A stretch of DNA of 64,000 nt, from contig NC_042999.1 of assembly GCF_006345805.1 (NCBI RefSeq), positions 73,532,001-73,596,000 on the forward strand, read 5' to 3'. This stretch comes from Octopus sinensis. Lineage: Eukaryota. This document shows positions 40,337 through 52,624 of the stretch, piece after piece (the first letter of the stretch is position 1; the number at the start of each line of letters is the position of its first letter). The notes beneath the pieces are model-generated. The model searched no databases. It was given only the letters and a program-made list of their open reading frames with translations, and had not been told where the DNA came from. The position numbers were made by a program, and so were the translations under genes.

Positions 40337-40918
40337 AGTTAACCGTCCTCGCGACCCCTTCGCATCTATGATGGGGCCACGAACTATACGATGAAAATCC
40401 AGAGTTACTCGTGGTCGGTGAATTTTTGATAAAAATGCAAAGGTGGTTTACCAATTCAAAAATTGATATTCGCGAAATAATCATACTTTTGATTTTTTAG
40501 TGCTAAAAACCTTCCTGACGACCGTCTTTGTAATCCCGAAAAATATCGTAACCATTTGTCCAACCGTCTGGCCGTGAAGAGAGAGCAGACAAAGAGACGG
40601 ACAGATGAACATTACCCCCATTATAGTAGGATAGCAAATCTGCCCGTCTACGATGAGAAATAAAGGGATAGTATCGCAAATCTAAGCCCTCTAAATTCAC
40701 GATCTATACTGCGTGGAGTGATGATCCAGAGTTAATCCTCGTCGCCGGAATTTTAACAAAAAAACTCAATATTCACTAAATAATCATACTTTTTTCGCAT
40801 TTTTCGCTAAAAAAAAACTTTCCTGATTACTTCCTTCATAATCCCGAAAACATCGTGACTATTGTTCCAGCCGTTTGACCGTGAAGAGGGAACAGACAGA
40901 TGGCCATTATAGTAAGAT
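40337..40918 (+). mobile_element. Two tandem Helentron/DINE-like units
   Basis: TCCAGAGTTA..AAATAATCATACTTTT..TAATCCCGAAAA..CCGTGAAGAG..CAGAC..CCATTATAGTA(G/A)GAT repeated; units end at 40632 and 40918. Confidence 0.6.
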
Positions 40919-42699
40919 TTGCGGTGTTCAGTTTAGAATTTTTACGACCACACACACAGAGTTCCGAAGTCTCTAACGAGCTTGAAAACTAGGTAAAATA
41001 TTTTCGATGTAACTAAGGTGAAATTATCAATGATAAATTACTGGCATTGTTATGAGTGTTTGTACCAGCTAGAGCTGAAATAGGTAATGAAAGACTTTGT
41101 TAGGATTTGATGGAGACCAAGATGAAATGATGACCGACATGAAGATAACCCGATACATACAACGTCTGTCAGGTCGTAACTTGTGTAAAATAACGTCAGA
41201 TAAAATAAATAACACAAGGATACATTACAATAAAGACGAATCTTTCCAACAAAATAATTTAATTCATTTAAATTTAATACTGCTCAGTTATAATGATTAC
41301 TGCACGTATTTGCTAAATTAAACAGTTCATATTTGCTGTGCCATTAAGAATGCAACATCTCAAGTTTTAGCTCCAGCTTTCTGGGTACACTTTTTTTTTA
41401 CTAATACATAGAGAAAACTCTTCAGTAGCATAAAATCTGATGAAAATTTCCTGGATTTTTCCTTTAGTGATGAATATGAGGTATGTTGCGGCGAGCTCGA
41501 CCTTGCTAAGTCTAAAACTTCATCAACCAAGATAGACTACTATCCTGGTCGTTTCTTCGCATCATTTCTTTGATGACTATAGTCATGATATTAAGAATTT
41601 CGGAAAATAGATGAGATCCACTACATACGGGTATCTGACTTCATAGGTTTTCTCCGACCAAAGATGTATAAGTTTTAAAAACGAATACGGTTAACATTGG
41701 AAACTTCGCCTAAATTCCTTTGGTCCTCTGCCTGACCCATTATGTTTTGTTGGAAAGTGAACATTAGCATCTAGATAATAAAGTTTTGAAGTTCTTTTAA
41801 CTCCACGCTCCTAACAAATTTTTTTGTGTTTTCTTGAACAGTTATTCATTTCATCATGGCCTGCTGATGACAAGCACCTCTTAATTGCTTTGGGAGTCGG
41901 TTTGTCTAATAATTTTCAATAATAAAAGTCTTACTACGCATGAACCCAAGAATTGTCCTGGGTATGGTTTCCAAAAGTAGTGGAGCTCTTGTTCGAGAGC
42001 TTTGAGGCGTGTGGAACCACCTCTTAGCCACTATTGTTCCCAGGTTTCCTCTGGCCCAGAGGAATTACACCTGTCAGGGGCCCAGCTATGGGTTAATTAG
42101 TGTGTTAACAGAAGTCAACTGTAAACATGGGAATAAACAACCCCGGACCAAACCATGTATCTGTAGGTAATTTCGCCACCGGAAATTTCGTCCCTGGTAA
42201 ATTCTGGCGATTTCGTTCTCGCAATTTCATCATAATAAAGTAGCCTATATTCTATACTTGGGACATACTACACATACAGAGTAGTCATCACATCGAAGTA
42301 ATTAAGACAAGTAGTGTAATTTCATTGGCACATTTTTATTTGCAAAAATATCTCATAAGTACTAAATCATCATAGTTTTGATACAGTTTTGATATTACCA
42401 ATCAATTGGAAAATGTTTGGGCACAAAGAAAAGATGCCTATTTATTGATAAATCTTAAATCTGACCATTGGAAAACGGTTTCATGAAAGTAGTAATAACT
42501 AGCATTCTGACATAAGAAAAATGGTTTGGCAAAAATAGTTGAGCCGTGTGACATATAGGAAAAATGGTTCCACCAAAATAGCTGAGCAGACATGGGAAAA
42601 ATAGTTCCACAACAGCGTAACATTCTTAAAGATACCAATTTGTTTACAAATATAAAAGAGAAAAAAAAAAAAACAAGTGATGCGATTATTGGTTCAGTT

Positions 42700-44850
42700 T
42701 CGAGGTTTCAGACAGATATTGCATGCAACTCTTCGCAGTTCTTGACAAAGGGCCAGCAAGCGACGCTGCAGTTGAACTTGTTCTCGTTTTACTCGTTTCG
42801 ATCCCATTTCGCCGATTTCATATTGCGTGATTGCGGTCGAACAACTGGCCTCCTCACGTCGAAACTACTTGACACAGGTCAACACGGTTGGGTAGTTAAT
42901 GCTCAACCAGGTCGCGAAATTTATTGTTCCATCCCTCACGAATGTTGTTCGTGCGCGGATTTCCATTTACTGTAGTAAAGTCGTGTTGATTTCACAACTC
43001 CGACGGAAACACGAATGTAACGTGGCAAAGATTCAAAACCAATTCGCCTGTGTCGAGTCGACGATATGAACCATAGACATAGGTTGAATCAAAATAATCC
43101 AGGATGTCCTGCGCTTTGTTAGGCACGATGTTCCTCAGAACTTGCATGCCCACTTGAACTTGTGGCAGTGGTAGTAAGAAGGCCAGTTCATCGAGCATTC
43201 CAACAAAATGTCGGAATTTTTCGTCGGTGTCATACGAATTCGTTAAGCCTAGATCCTGGGTTTTATGCCACGTACTTTGAGTCAAATGGTAAAAGCAACC
43301 TCAACTGTGGACGTTTCACCCCAAAACAGCTTGCACGGCTCGAAGACCAGCATCCGCGAAATTTGTCATGATGGTGTGGAGTTGTAGCGGTAGGGAAAGT
43401 TGTTGGAATCTATCGACAAGAACTTGGAAAAGATCTTCGTATGTTTCGCGACGTTTATTTGGCAGCAGGACGAAAACCGATGTTACGTAGTTGTTTCCGA
43501 GTGGAACACATTACAAAGACTTGGGAGAAAACACCAGGCGCCATCACGAAATTCCCGTCCATGAACCAATGGTAGGCTCTTGCCAGTTCCCGGAGTCCTT
43601 GTTCAGTCGCAAAAGCAAGGGTTCTGTCATCGTGGTTTGGGCCATGATCGTATAGCACGAAATGTTATTCGCGTGTTGTTTCATATTCCTCGAGTTCGCG
43701 AAGTAGTCCGAGAATCGGGTGGCGTGGGTCATTGATTACGTATTGTCCGCTTGCAGACTTCCTCGCTGGGCAACATCGCTCTTACGGTATTGTCGCATTC
43801 TTCAGAGTGTAACAGCAATGATTTCGATTGCAGTCGAAGGTCACCAATGTAACGGTAATGGTTAAGGTAGAATCAGTGGTCACCAGTGTAACGGTTGTGA
43901 GGTTGGTTGCCAATGTAACGGTAGTTGAAGTTGTTGTTGTAGATGTGCAAGATGGAAGAAGAACAGTGATCGAAGTTGTAAAGAAATATTTATTTACCGT
44001 TACTTTGTATAATGCCATGCCTCAACGGGCAGGTGTGATATAATTGAAAGAGCATGCGAGATTAAGAAAGTTAATTTCGGCCTGTATGTGTGTACACGTT
44101 CTCGTAGTAGTAATCCACAGACAGAAATAGAATAAAGTTCTAAAGAACAGAAAGTGAGCTAGTGAGAGTGAGGGAGTCGAGAGTTGTTCCATAGTCGCTG
44201 ATTGTAACTTTCTTTTTCCCTCCGGCATTTGGCCTCAAGTGGCTGCCTGCCTGTGGTCATGACTCTAGTTGCCCGTTCACTAAATTCATTTTGCCTTACC
44301 AAATTTACAACTATGCAGGACCAGTCAGAAAGAGAAACATGTTGAGAACAATAGATTTCATTGGTGGTACCTGTTATCTCAATTCTGACTTTTGGTGGCT
44401 TAGAAGAGATTAGAAGAGTCAAGTGGCAAAGACATTATTCTGCTTAGCGAAGGCATCTGGCAAATGTAACTGCTATCACTCACAGAAAATCTATTGCTTT
44501 ACCGTGAGAAAAGTGCTGTTGAGCTGTTAAGTGAAATTTGGCGATCGAGGATCGAATCCACGATATGCCTGCATGAAGCCACTACAGGGGCATTCTGTAA
44601 TGATCTGACTAGGCTTCTCTTTATTCGTAGCGGCTTTCCGTTTCATGGCATCGCGTACCTTCGCCACTTTTATCCGGTTAGCGTCAGCCGGATGATCGTG
44701 TATTTGTCTTGTCTTGAGTCACCTCGCTCAAGGTAGGTGGATAACGTTCCGCGACATCCATAGTCCCGTCGGAGGCAGGCCCAGTACATCCGGGTCTTTT
44801 TCTCCGTCCACGCAGACCTCTCCACCACGTGTGCTTCGAATGACTTCCAT
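42700..44850 (-). pseudogene. FLYWCH-MULE transposase pseudogene
   Basis: MEVIRSTRGG..MYWACLRRDYGCRG..HDHPAD..VAKVRDAMKRKA..EKPSQII, [insert], RAMLPSEEVCKRTI, WFMDGNF..PGVFSQ, GCFYHLTQSTW, LDYFDSTYV, PRTNNIREGWNNKF. Confidence 0.9.
43808..44586. mobile_element. ~780-bp insertion in the MULE transposase with TG..CA ends (probable solo LTR)
   Basis: Starts TGTAAC and ends CTACA. AATAAA at ~44131. Internal CCAATGTAACGGT minisatellite. TSD is not clean. Confidence 0.5.
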
Positions 44851-45686
44851 TGAATACGTTATTGTTGTAATGATCATCATGAAATTATATATTGTTTTGC
44901 AGGTAATGTCAAAAATAGATTTTGAATTTTGTTAAAACTATTCCATTAGCACCATATTATCTAGAACAATATGAAATTTTGTGGTGATCAGTTCATTGCT
45001 TGAGATATTCGATAAAAAACCCAGATGAAATGAGCTTGAATGAATAGTGGCAAAATTACTGGGGGCGAAATTTCCGGTGATAAATTTTCTGGTAGTGAAA
45101 TAACTGAGCACCTTAATAACTACCTAGCCAGACTTACGTTGAATCGTAGGATGCATTATGATGGATGTGAATTTTTCGGCAAATAAACTAATTGTGTCAA
45201 TGGCGGATATCACTAAATGCTTAACAGATTGAGCAGTCAACATTCTGCTAACGGTCAGAATCAACACGTTCAGTTAGCAGTCATGTAGTGCGCAGATGAG
45301 ATTTTCAGCTATTGAAAGAGCAATAAGACTTATTGGTTCAGACAAGTCGTTCGACCGGCTGATGATGATGCTTGAACATTACACATGACATTAAACATAA
45401 CATTTGTCAATGATATCGGTAAAAGAAGCAGAAAATTTTAACCACTTAGAATGAAATCTCTTAAACTAGACTCCTTACCAGATTTCTTTCGTTTATTATA
45501 TTATGTCAGAATTGGCTGATGCGGTCTCGTTTCAGTAACATTGTTCTGAGGCGGCACTGGAACCAGTGTAGATTCTTGGAGCACATGCACTTCATTATTT
45601 TTGTCACTTGAAATATTTTCAGATGCGGAAGTGCCAGATTCTGTAGAAAGTATCGGATTCTTTACAATACCTTATTTTTCATTGTG

Positions 45687-46451
45687 GGATCTTTTCTTTT
45701 TGATGGACGGAATTTTCTAGTTAACTAAAAAATTTGAAACTTCGTATACTGGTAGAATGTGTCAAAAGAAAACATTATTGAAAACAAAATTGTAATTTGT
45801 AACTTTAACGTAGTTTAATTCTTCGAATTTTAACCAATGAAATCCCAGCATTTGAGCTCAAATCATTTTCTGCGTTATCGATATTGATAAACAAACATAG
45901 CAGACGCACGACACACACACACTATATCTCTCTCTCAAACTCATGCATATACATTTGCACAAGCACATAGTAATTAATATATAAGCGTACACACACATAC
46001 AAACGGACATATACATACACACACATACGCACACAAGCATACATACACGTTCGTGAGTTACCCCTTGCCGCAACAATAAAGAAAATATTCAAAAACTCTA
46101 GACTGCCTAAAGCAGTCTAGAGTTTGCGCGTGGAGTGTGAGTCGTATTGTAAAAATTTGCGAAATATTTTTTTCATAAAAGGATGCCCCAGCTTGTCGGA
46201 AGCTGTGATATAAATTGGGAAAAAAATCCTCGACACCAGTGCGTAATTGGTACTTAATTTATCGACCCCGAAACGATGAAACATTGACCTCCCCCCTTCT
46301 GGTTTATTTACCTTTTGTGCAAATTTGTTGCGGCAAGGGGCAACTTACGAACGTGTATGTATGCTTGTGTGCGTATGTATATGTCCGTTTGTATGTGTGT
46401 GTACGTTTATATATTAATTACTATGTGCTTGGGCAAATGTATATGCATGTG

Positions 46452-46502
<51 letters not shown>

Positions 46503-46725
46503 CAGAGAGTGTGCGTGTGTGTGTGTATGCAAGTGTACGTGTGTATGTATCTGAATATATGTGTGTGCGTGTGTATGCGGCATGCGTCTGCAATGTTTCT
46601 TTATCAATATCGATAACGCAGAAAATGATTTGAGCTCAAATGCTGGGATTTCATTGGTTAAAATTCGAAGATGCTGGGATTTCATTGGTTAAAATTCGAA
46701 TCATTAAACTACTTTAAACTTAGAA
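45687..46725. repeat. Large foldback: arms ~45808-46076 and ~46324-46720, behind a GGATCTTTTC MITE-family end
   Basis: TTTTAACCAATGAAATCCCAGCATTTGAGCTCAAATCATTTTCTGCGTTATCGATATTGAT and CCCCTTGCCGCAACAA are present in both orientations. Confidence 0.9.
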
Positions 46726-46729
46726 ATTC

Positions 46730-46975
46730 AATTATTCAAGGCGATGTCCCAGCATGGCCGCAGTCTAATAACTGTAACAAGTAAAAAAAAATTTTTATTC
46801 TGGTGTCGATACATCTGATAAAAATTCTTCGAGGTGGTGACCCAACATGGCTGCAGTCTAATAACTGCAACAAGTAAGAATAAAAAAAATTCTGGCGTCG
46901 ATACGTTCAACTAAAATTCCTTCAGGGCGGTGCCCCAGCATGGCCACGGTCTAATGATTGAAACAAGTAAAAGGT
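46730..46975 (+). repeat. Three ~92-bp tandem repeats of the SINE B 3' end
   Basis: CC.AGCATGGC..CAGTCTAAT.ACTG.AACAAGTAA three times. Confidence 0.8.
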
Positions 46976-47717
46976 GAAAAGAAAACAAAAAATAACCGAA
47001 AAATGTAACTATGGGCCTTTTATCCACTTTCACACTTTAACTATGGGGCTTTTGTCCGAAGGGCTTTTTTTCCTAAACGCCCAGTTTCTACCTCCACTAG
47101 TACACCCTTCTGTACAAATACCTATACATGTAATTGTTAGATTTCATCAAAGTGTGATTGTATTAGTTTTTGTCGATATGTGCGTGCGTGCATGTTTGCA
47201 TACATATAATTTTTAAATCAGCAGAAATATTACAAAAGTGACTCAAGGGCAGAAAGTTCGTTTGAGCGCACACACACACACTCACATACACATATACAGT
47301 GAGAGAGGGGGAGGGAGAGAGAGGGAGGGCGAGAGGGAGAGAAAGGAGGGGGTAAAAAAATTGCAGTTACTGCTTTTTATAAGAAACTGAAAAGGATTTT
47401 TAACGGCTCAGAAATAAATTCTAATTCAATTTATGTTGTCGTAATGGACAGGTGATACTACAACTTTTCCTGGTCCTACTGTCTTTAAGATAGCGGGTTA
47501 GCCCTAGTGTATGTATATGTGTGTGTGTGTGTGTGTCTGATCAAATATATACATAAATACACACACACATGAAAGCCCTCTATAATCACGCATGCATAAC
47601 CACATAAATATTCACACACACGAGCATTTTGCTTGTTCGTAGTCGCGAGTGTATGTAGATCTTCATAGATGTTTCCGAATTCGTTTGTTTCTAAGTGCAT
47701 AAATGTATTTTGCGCGC

Positions 47718-47777
<60 letters not shown>

Positions 47778-48388
47778 GTGTGTGCATGCGTGCGTGTTTA
47801 TTAAGGATTTTAGTTTATAAATAGGATTCCTGCCTGTCGGTGGTAACTCTTCCCTCTGCTGGAGAAAAATTAGGGACATTAGGATTACAGAGTACAAACA
47901 TTAATGCTTTCTCACCTACTGGGAGTGTTTTCTCTATAATGAACACCTCAGTGCGCTAACCTTAAAAAGTCTGTGTGTAATGTATACACTGATGTATGTA
48001 TGTATAGATGTGTGTATGTATGTATTATGTATGTGTGTATGCATAGATGTGTGTGTTGTTTGATTTTAGCTTTATGAGTATCTATTTACTTGCGTATTAA
48101 GTTGGTACGTCTTCTGCAAAGCTAGCCAGGAAAAATACCTAGGGACATACTCTGCATGAAAACCAAATGTCAATTCTAGCATACTTAATGCACAGGTCCA
48201 TAACCAGATTATTAGTCCTTGTGGAGCTTAGAGGGACTCATATTTTTATAATCGTATACATATTTATTGAAATAGGAAAAAATACTACACACTTTTTAAT
48301 ATAGCTAAGCTAAATTAGCCTCAGTCTCTTTTTGTCTACAACTGTGTTACTGTTATGTACCAATTAATCAAAATCAATGACAGATAGA

Positions 48389-48792
48389 GGATCTTTTCGG
48401 TTTGACCGGCAGTTTTTTTAACATTAAACACTTTTAAACTTCGTATACTGGTAGAATGTGTTTATAAAACATCTTTTTCTCTTGGCTTTATTGAGAAAAT
48501 TCTATAGTTTGTAAGATATTTGTTGTTTTTTCTTCAATTTCTGCAATTTCAACCAATCAATGACGTCTATTGAGGTGAAAACATTCTGTGCCGTACGAAT
48601 ATGTCACTCGTTTAAGAAACAGATTGGATTTATTTACATTTCTGAAGAAAAAAAAGGATACCCTTCCCCCCACCCCTAACCCTAACCCTAAAACAGATTG
48701 AAATACAATAGATCGATACTAGGGTCATAATTATGGGTGACAATTTCATTTGACACCGCTAGAAAAAACTGCCGCTCAAATCGAAAAGATCC
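48389..48792 (+). mobile_element. GGATCTTTTC MITE with 10-bp TSD and internal telomeric repeats
   Basis: TIRs GGATCTTTTCGGTTTGACCGGCAGTTTTTT / AAAAAACTGCCGCTCAAATCGAAAAGATCC. TSD GACAGATAGA (48379-48388, 48793-48802). CCCTAACCCTAACCCTAAAA at 48674-48693. Confidence 0.9.
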
Positions 48793-48860
48793 GACAGATA
48801 GAATATGGACAACAAAGAATTGTAACAACCTCAGGCTAATTTCTCAAAATCATTTTGCAG

Positions 48861-48896
48861 AGATTTTGAGCATTGCACCACTATTCTACATTAAGC
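48861..48896 (+). other. Candidate 36-nt micro-exon (ILSIAPLFYIK)
   Basis: CTAAT branch point plus TTTTGCAG| acceptor; |GTATTT donor. Paralogous to 50526. Confidence 0.35.
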
Positions 48897-49622
48897 GTAT
48901 TTATTTAGTTACATTTTTCAAATTTCTCTTCAGTACAGCCAAACTCCAATCCCAAAATAAGGTTCTTCCATTGGATCTGGGTAGTCAGATACGTATTTTC
49001 ACGCGTATATATGAGAGAGCATATACATTTGCAAACTTGCAAGCATGCATGTCATTGCTCGCGAATCTGCATAGTTCAACTTATATGAGTACACATTACG
49101 TGTGTGTATGTGCAGTGTTCTGTTTTACAAAGTTTTACAATACCATCAATGGATTGTAATTGTAGTTATCAAATTAGTCGTGTCATTTTAGATTTTGTGA
49201 AGTCCGATTTTTCAAGATTAGTACAGTGGAGTTGGTCACACCACCAATGCCCTAATAATCGCAGTGTAAATTTAGTATAATCACAAATATAAGTATAAGT
49301 ATCCAAGGGAGAAAAAGTCACAAGATAAAATAAGGGCAAGAAAAAAATGAGAAGAGTTCGTCAATGCAATGTGCAGCTGTAAGAACTTTATAATTTGTGT
49401 TTTGCTCGACGGGAAAACCACGAGACTAGTTGAATTTCTTGGTGTGGTGTCGGTTAGAATTTTCGTCTAAGTCGTCAAGTATTGTCAATAAATGACTTTC
49501 ATTCATTGTCTTACTTTGTTTAAGAAATTTAGTAAAAAGTTGTTTTTAGTTCCCCAAGTGTAGTGTCATTATAGATAAATTGTATACAAGTCAGTTAATA
49601 ACTGATTTTAATTGTTTACAGC

Positions 49623-50273
49623 CGCGGTTCTCAACCTTTTTCTTTTTCTTTTTTTGGCATTTGAATCTCCTTTTATTCCTATTTTGCTTGGTTGGATATA
49701 CAATATTTAAAAAGTTGGTGATGTTTCGCTTGTCGTAGCACACGTTTCCGTCGATTTCCGTAAAAAATGTAAACACTGAATCGGCCATACATACATACAT
49801 ACATACATACATACATACATACATACACACATACATACACACACACATACATACACACACATACATAGATACATACACACACATACATGCAGACATACAT
49901 ATACACATACACCGAGTAAAAAATTTCAGTTATCTCTCTTTCACACATTACTCTCTCTGTTTCTTCGCACACACTAACAGAAGCACTTCACTTACACAAC
50001 ATACTGTCTGTCTCCCACACCCCATCAAACACACACACGGGGACTTCAAAGCGAAATTTCCTCGTCATAAAATCGCTTCCTCTTAGTCTCTTTCTCTCTC
50101 ATTACTTATGTAAAAAAATAAAAGTTTTTTACGGAAATCGACGGAGGAAATCGACGGAAACTTGTGCTACGACAAGCGAAGCATCGCCAAACTTGTTTAT
50201 TGCACATAAATTTTAGCAACAAAATCTTGTGCGGACCTCCGAGAATTACAGGGACCCCAGTTGAGAATCATTG
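49623..50273. mobile_element. hAT-like MITE carrying a nested MITE (49712-50194) with ~50-bp TIRs
   Basis: Outer ends GGTTCTCAAC / GTTGAGAATCATTG. Inner TTCGCTTGTCGTAGCACA.GTTTCCGTCGATTTCC occurs in both orientations. Confidence 0.75.
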
Positions 50274-50525
50274 GTTTATATTAATAGTATTTAAATAAAA
50301 TATAACACTTTTTATCTATTTAAAATTGTGACTTTTTTTCTTTGCCTTTTTTCCCCCGGATACCTAAGTTTAAAGGCCGGTGAATAGAATCTCAGATTTC
50401 ATATTAATTAATCGTGTTTTCTTTTCTTCTTATCTTTGATATTATGGGAACGTATAACTGAATTCTACCACAGTGCAGAATTTCTTTTCTTTATCGCAAT
50501 GGTTTGTTTTGCTTTTATTTTACAG

Positions 50526-50564
50526 AGATTTTGAGCATTGCACCAGTCTTCTTTCATACTAGAG
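50526..50564 (+). other. Candidate 39-nt micro-exon (ILSIAPVFFHTR)
   Basis: Strong acceptor TTTGCTTTTATTTTACAG| and consensus donor GAG|GTGAGT; frame-preserving. Confidence 0.5.
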
Positions 50565-51237
50565 GTGAGTAGGTAATATACATCACTATCTGCAAGCAAA
50601 GTTGTGTGAAATGTAAAATATATGTAGAGGTATGCGAGTGGTCGAAAAGTGTCAATTCCCGAGCTGATCTTATCACACAGGTTTGACTGCCTTAGCGAGC
50701 CGTTGACATTTTCATTTGGGCTCTACCACACTGACTTGCACATTGATAGATGATGTAAGGACGAAACTTTTATATGGTGATATCTCAAATGAGAAAGAGA
50801 ATCGCCGTCAGGGAAACAAATTAACAACTAAGACTGACAGTTGACACTCGTCACTTTAGTTAATCCTATATGTTTAGCCCTGAGTCGACTCTGACCAAGC
50901 AAGCATATGATCGAAAGCATACCAGCTATGACCATCCTGTCATTTTTTCACGCATCTAGGACTACACCACATTATGCATTGTGTTCTTTTTTTTTTTTTT
51001 GAATGGCATGATTTAGGTTGAGGATTTAGCTGCTATTCCTAGGAAGTTGAGTGACTACGTAGAGGCTCTTCCTTCTTAGTAGGTTGTAGTTGTTTAACCT
51101 CAGGTTAGCCCACATCGAACAGACTTAGGATAGAAGGGCCTTTAACCGCGACTATTCCCTTTCTTTTCTCCCTCCTCTTTTCAGCAATAATAATATTCCC
51201 AGCTACATTATTCAGTTTGTCTTTCAAGACGATAGGG

Positions 51238-51539
51238 TAGTAGTGTCAAACAAACTGTCCGTGGAAATCTTTAGTCCCACTCAGTTTTATGAAAATAAGT
51301 TATTAGTATTATTTTATTTCAAAATATTCTGTAAACTATATCGCCAGCATGCGTTCAGAGTCGGAGCCTGACTAGTATTAATATAATACTAGTCCTGAAA
51401 TCAAATTAGTGCAACATTTTAACTCTAAGGACTCATAATAGGTCTCACAATAGGACTCTACCTTATCTCTACCCGGCTCGCGAGATTTAATTTATGCTTC
51501 AGTTTAATTCACAAAAGTTAAGCAAGTTTGACACCTCTG
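51238..51539. mobile_element. hAT-like MITE with internal perfect hairpin
   Basis: GTGTCAAAC / GTTTGACACCTCTG ends. GACTAGTATTA-ATA-TAATACTAGTC at 51370-51394. Confidence 0.45.
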
Positions 51540-51933
51540 CAGTAAAGTGTGGTTTGAGAAAGATTTGTTAGGTCAAGCGGTCATGTATAAGCTCCATCAA
51601 TGCGTCTTTTGTTCACGCTCAAGTCAGCTCTACTAACTTCCATTTGCTTTAATCACCACGATCAAACCGTGCTGGAGTACCGTCTTTGGTTAAAGGTGTT
51701 CAACCATAACCATCCTGGCTTTTCTGTCTCAAACTACATTGTTTACTCTATCTTTTTTTTTTTTTTTTAACGATCAATAGGGTGTAGTTTGAAGGTGATA
51801 TGACCATATTTCTAACAGGTCAACGATCATATATTGGCACCCTCATCACACCTGTCTGATGTTTTTTGTGGTAACCATGATGTAGGAGAGCGAAAACTTT
51901 ATTCGAAAGTGATAGTTGTTGCTCCTTTATAAT

Positions 51934-52340
51934 TGTAGTATGTCTATAAGCATAGCTTAAAACACATTTTTAATCTCAGGTAGGCTCAAACGACACTAAG
52001 TTTACAGCTCTATTCAGCCTGTGATTAACTGAATAGGGATCAGAGGAAAGTAGAGTGAATGTAAATTTAACAAGTGGATAGCGTAAGACTTACATATCCC
52101 GCGTCATTTAAGCAGCAGATGGAGAGTGATAGAGCAATGTCGTCGAAACGAAAATGAGTTAGTGAGAAGAACTAAGATGGCTGTTTCGCTGGTTGATTCC
52201 ATAGCTGGCCTTCTATAACGTCTCTTCAGTCGAGACGGTGTTTCGTTCGAGCCGGTCAGATTTATTCCCTGTTGGTCACCCTCACTAACTGATTTTTCCT
52301 TGGAGAATGCTGGTATTTATAATTATGCAAACTAGCTACA
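51934..52340. mobile_element. Probable solo LTR related to 59661
   Basis: TGTAG..CTACA termini; first ~100 bp similar to 59661-59762. No TSD seen. Confidence 0.45.
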
Positions 52341-52508
52341 AAGGTGGATATACCATTCTGACAATGGCTAAATCAATGTAGGTCGCTCCTTATCAATTTC
52401 AACTTTTCATGGCATAGAAAAGATTAAGAGTCAAATGGAAAATATATATTATATCAGCGTTTATCCCTGACAGAACAATAAGTCGTATGGCTAGGGAGAA
52501 TTTACAGA

Positions 52509-52623
52509 TTCAGGTAGGGCCAAGTTCCATCAGTGTTTTCTCGTTCGTAGTAACGACAATTTACTGATTCTCAGGTAGGGCCAAGTTCCATCACAGTGTT
52601 TTCTCGTTCGTAGTAACGACAAT
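52509..52623 (+). repeat. ~62-bp direct tandem duplication
   Basis: TCAGGTAGGGCCAAGTTCCATCA..GTGTTTTCTCGTTCGTAGTAACGACAAT twice. Confidence 0.9.
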
Positions 52624-52624
52624 A

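Larger units (their letters stand above)
42157..45112 (-). mobile_element. Mutator-like element (MULE) with subterminal ACCGGAAATTTCG TIR motifs
   Basis: Left GTAATTTCGCCACCGGAAATTTCGTCCCTGGTAA versus right reverse complement TTTATCACCGGAAATTTCGCCCCCAGTAA. Encloses a MULE transposase pseudogene. Confidence 0.85.

Noticed and set aside
47859-47915. Minus-strand GTGAGA..CTAAT..CAG mini-intron
   Set aside because: Only 57 nt, with no coherent flanking ORF or linked exons.
52180-52232. CTGAAGA...GAAAC hammerhead-like motif on the minus strand
   Set aside because: Stems I and II do not pair convincingly.
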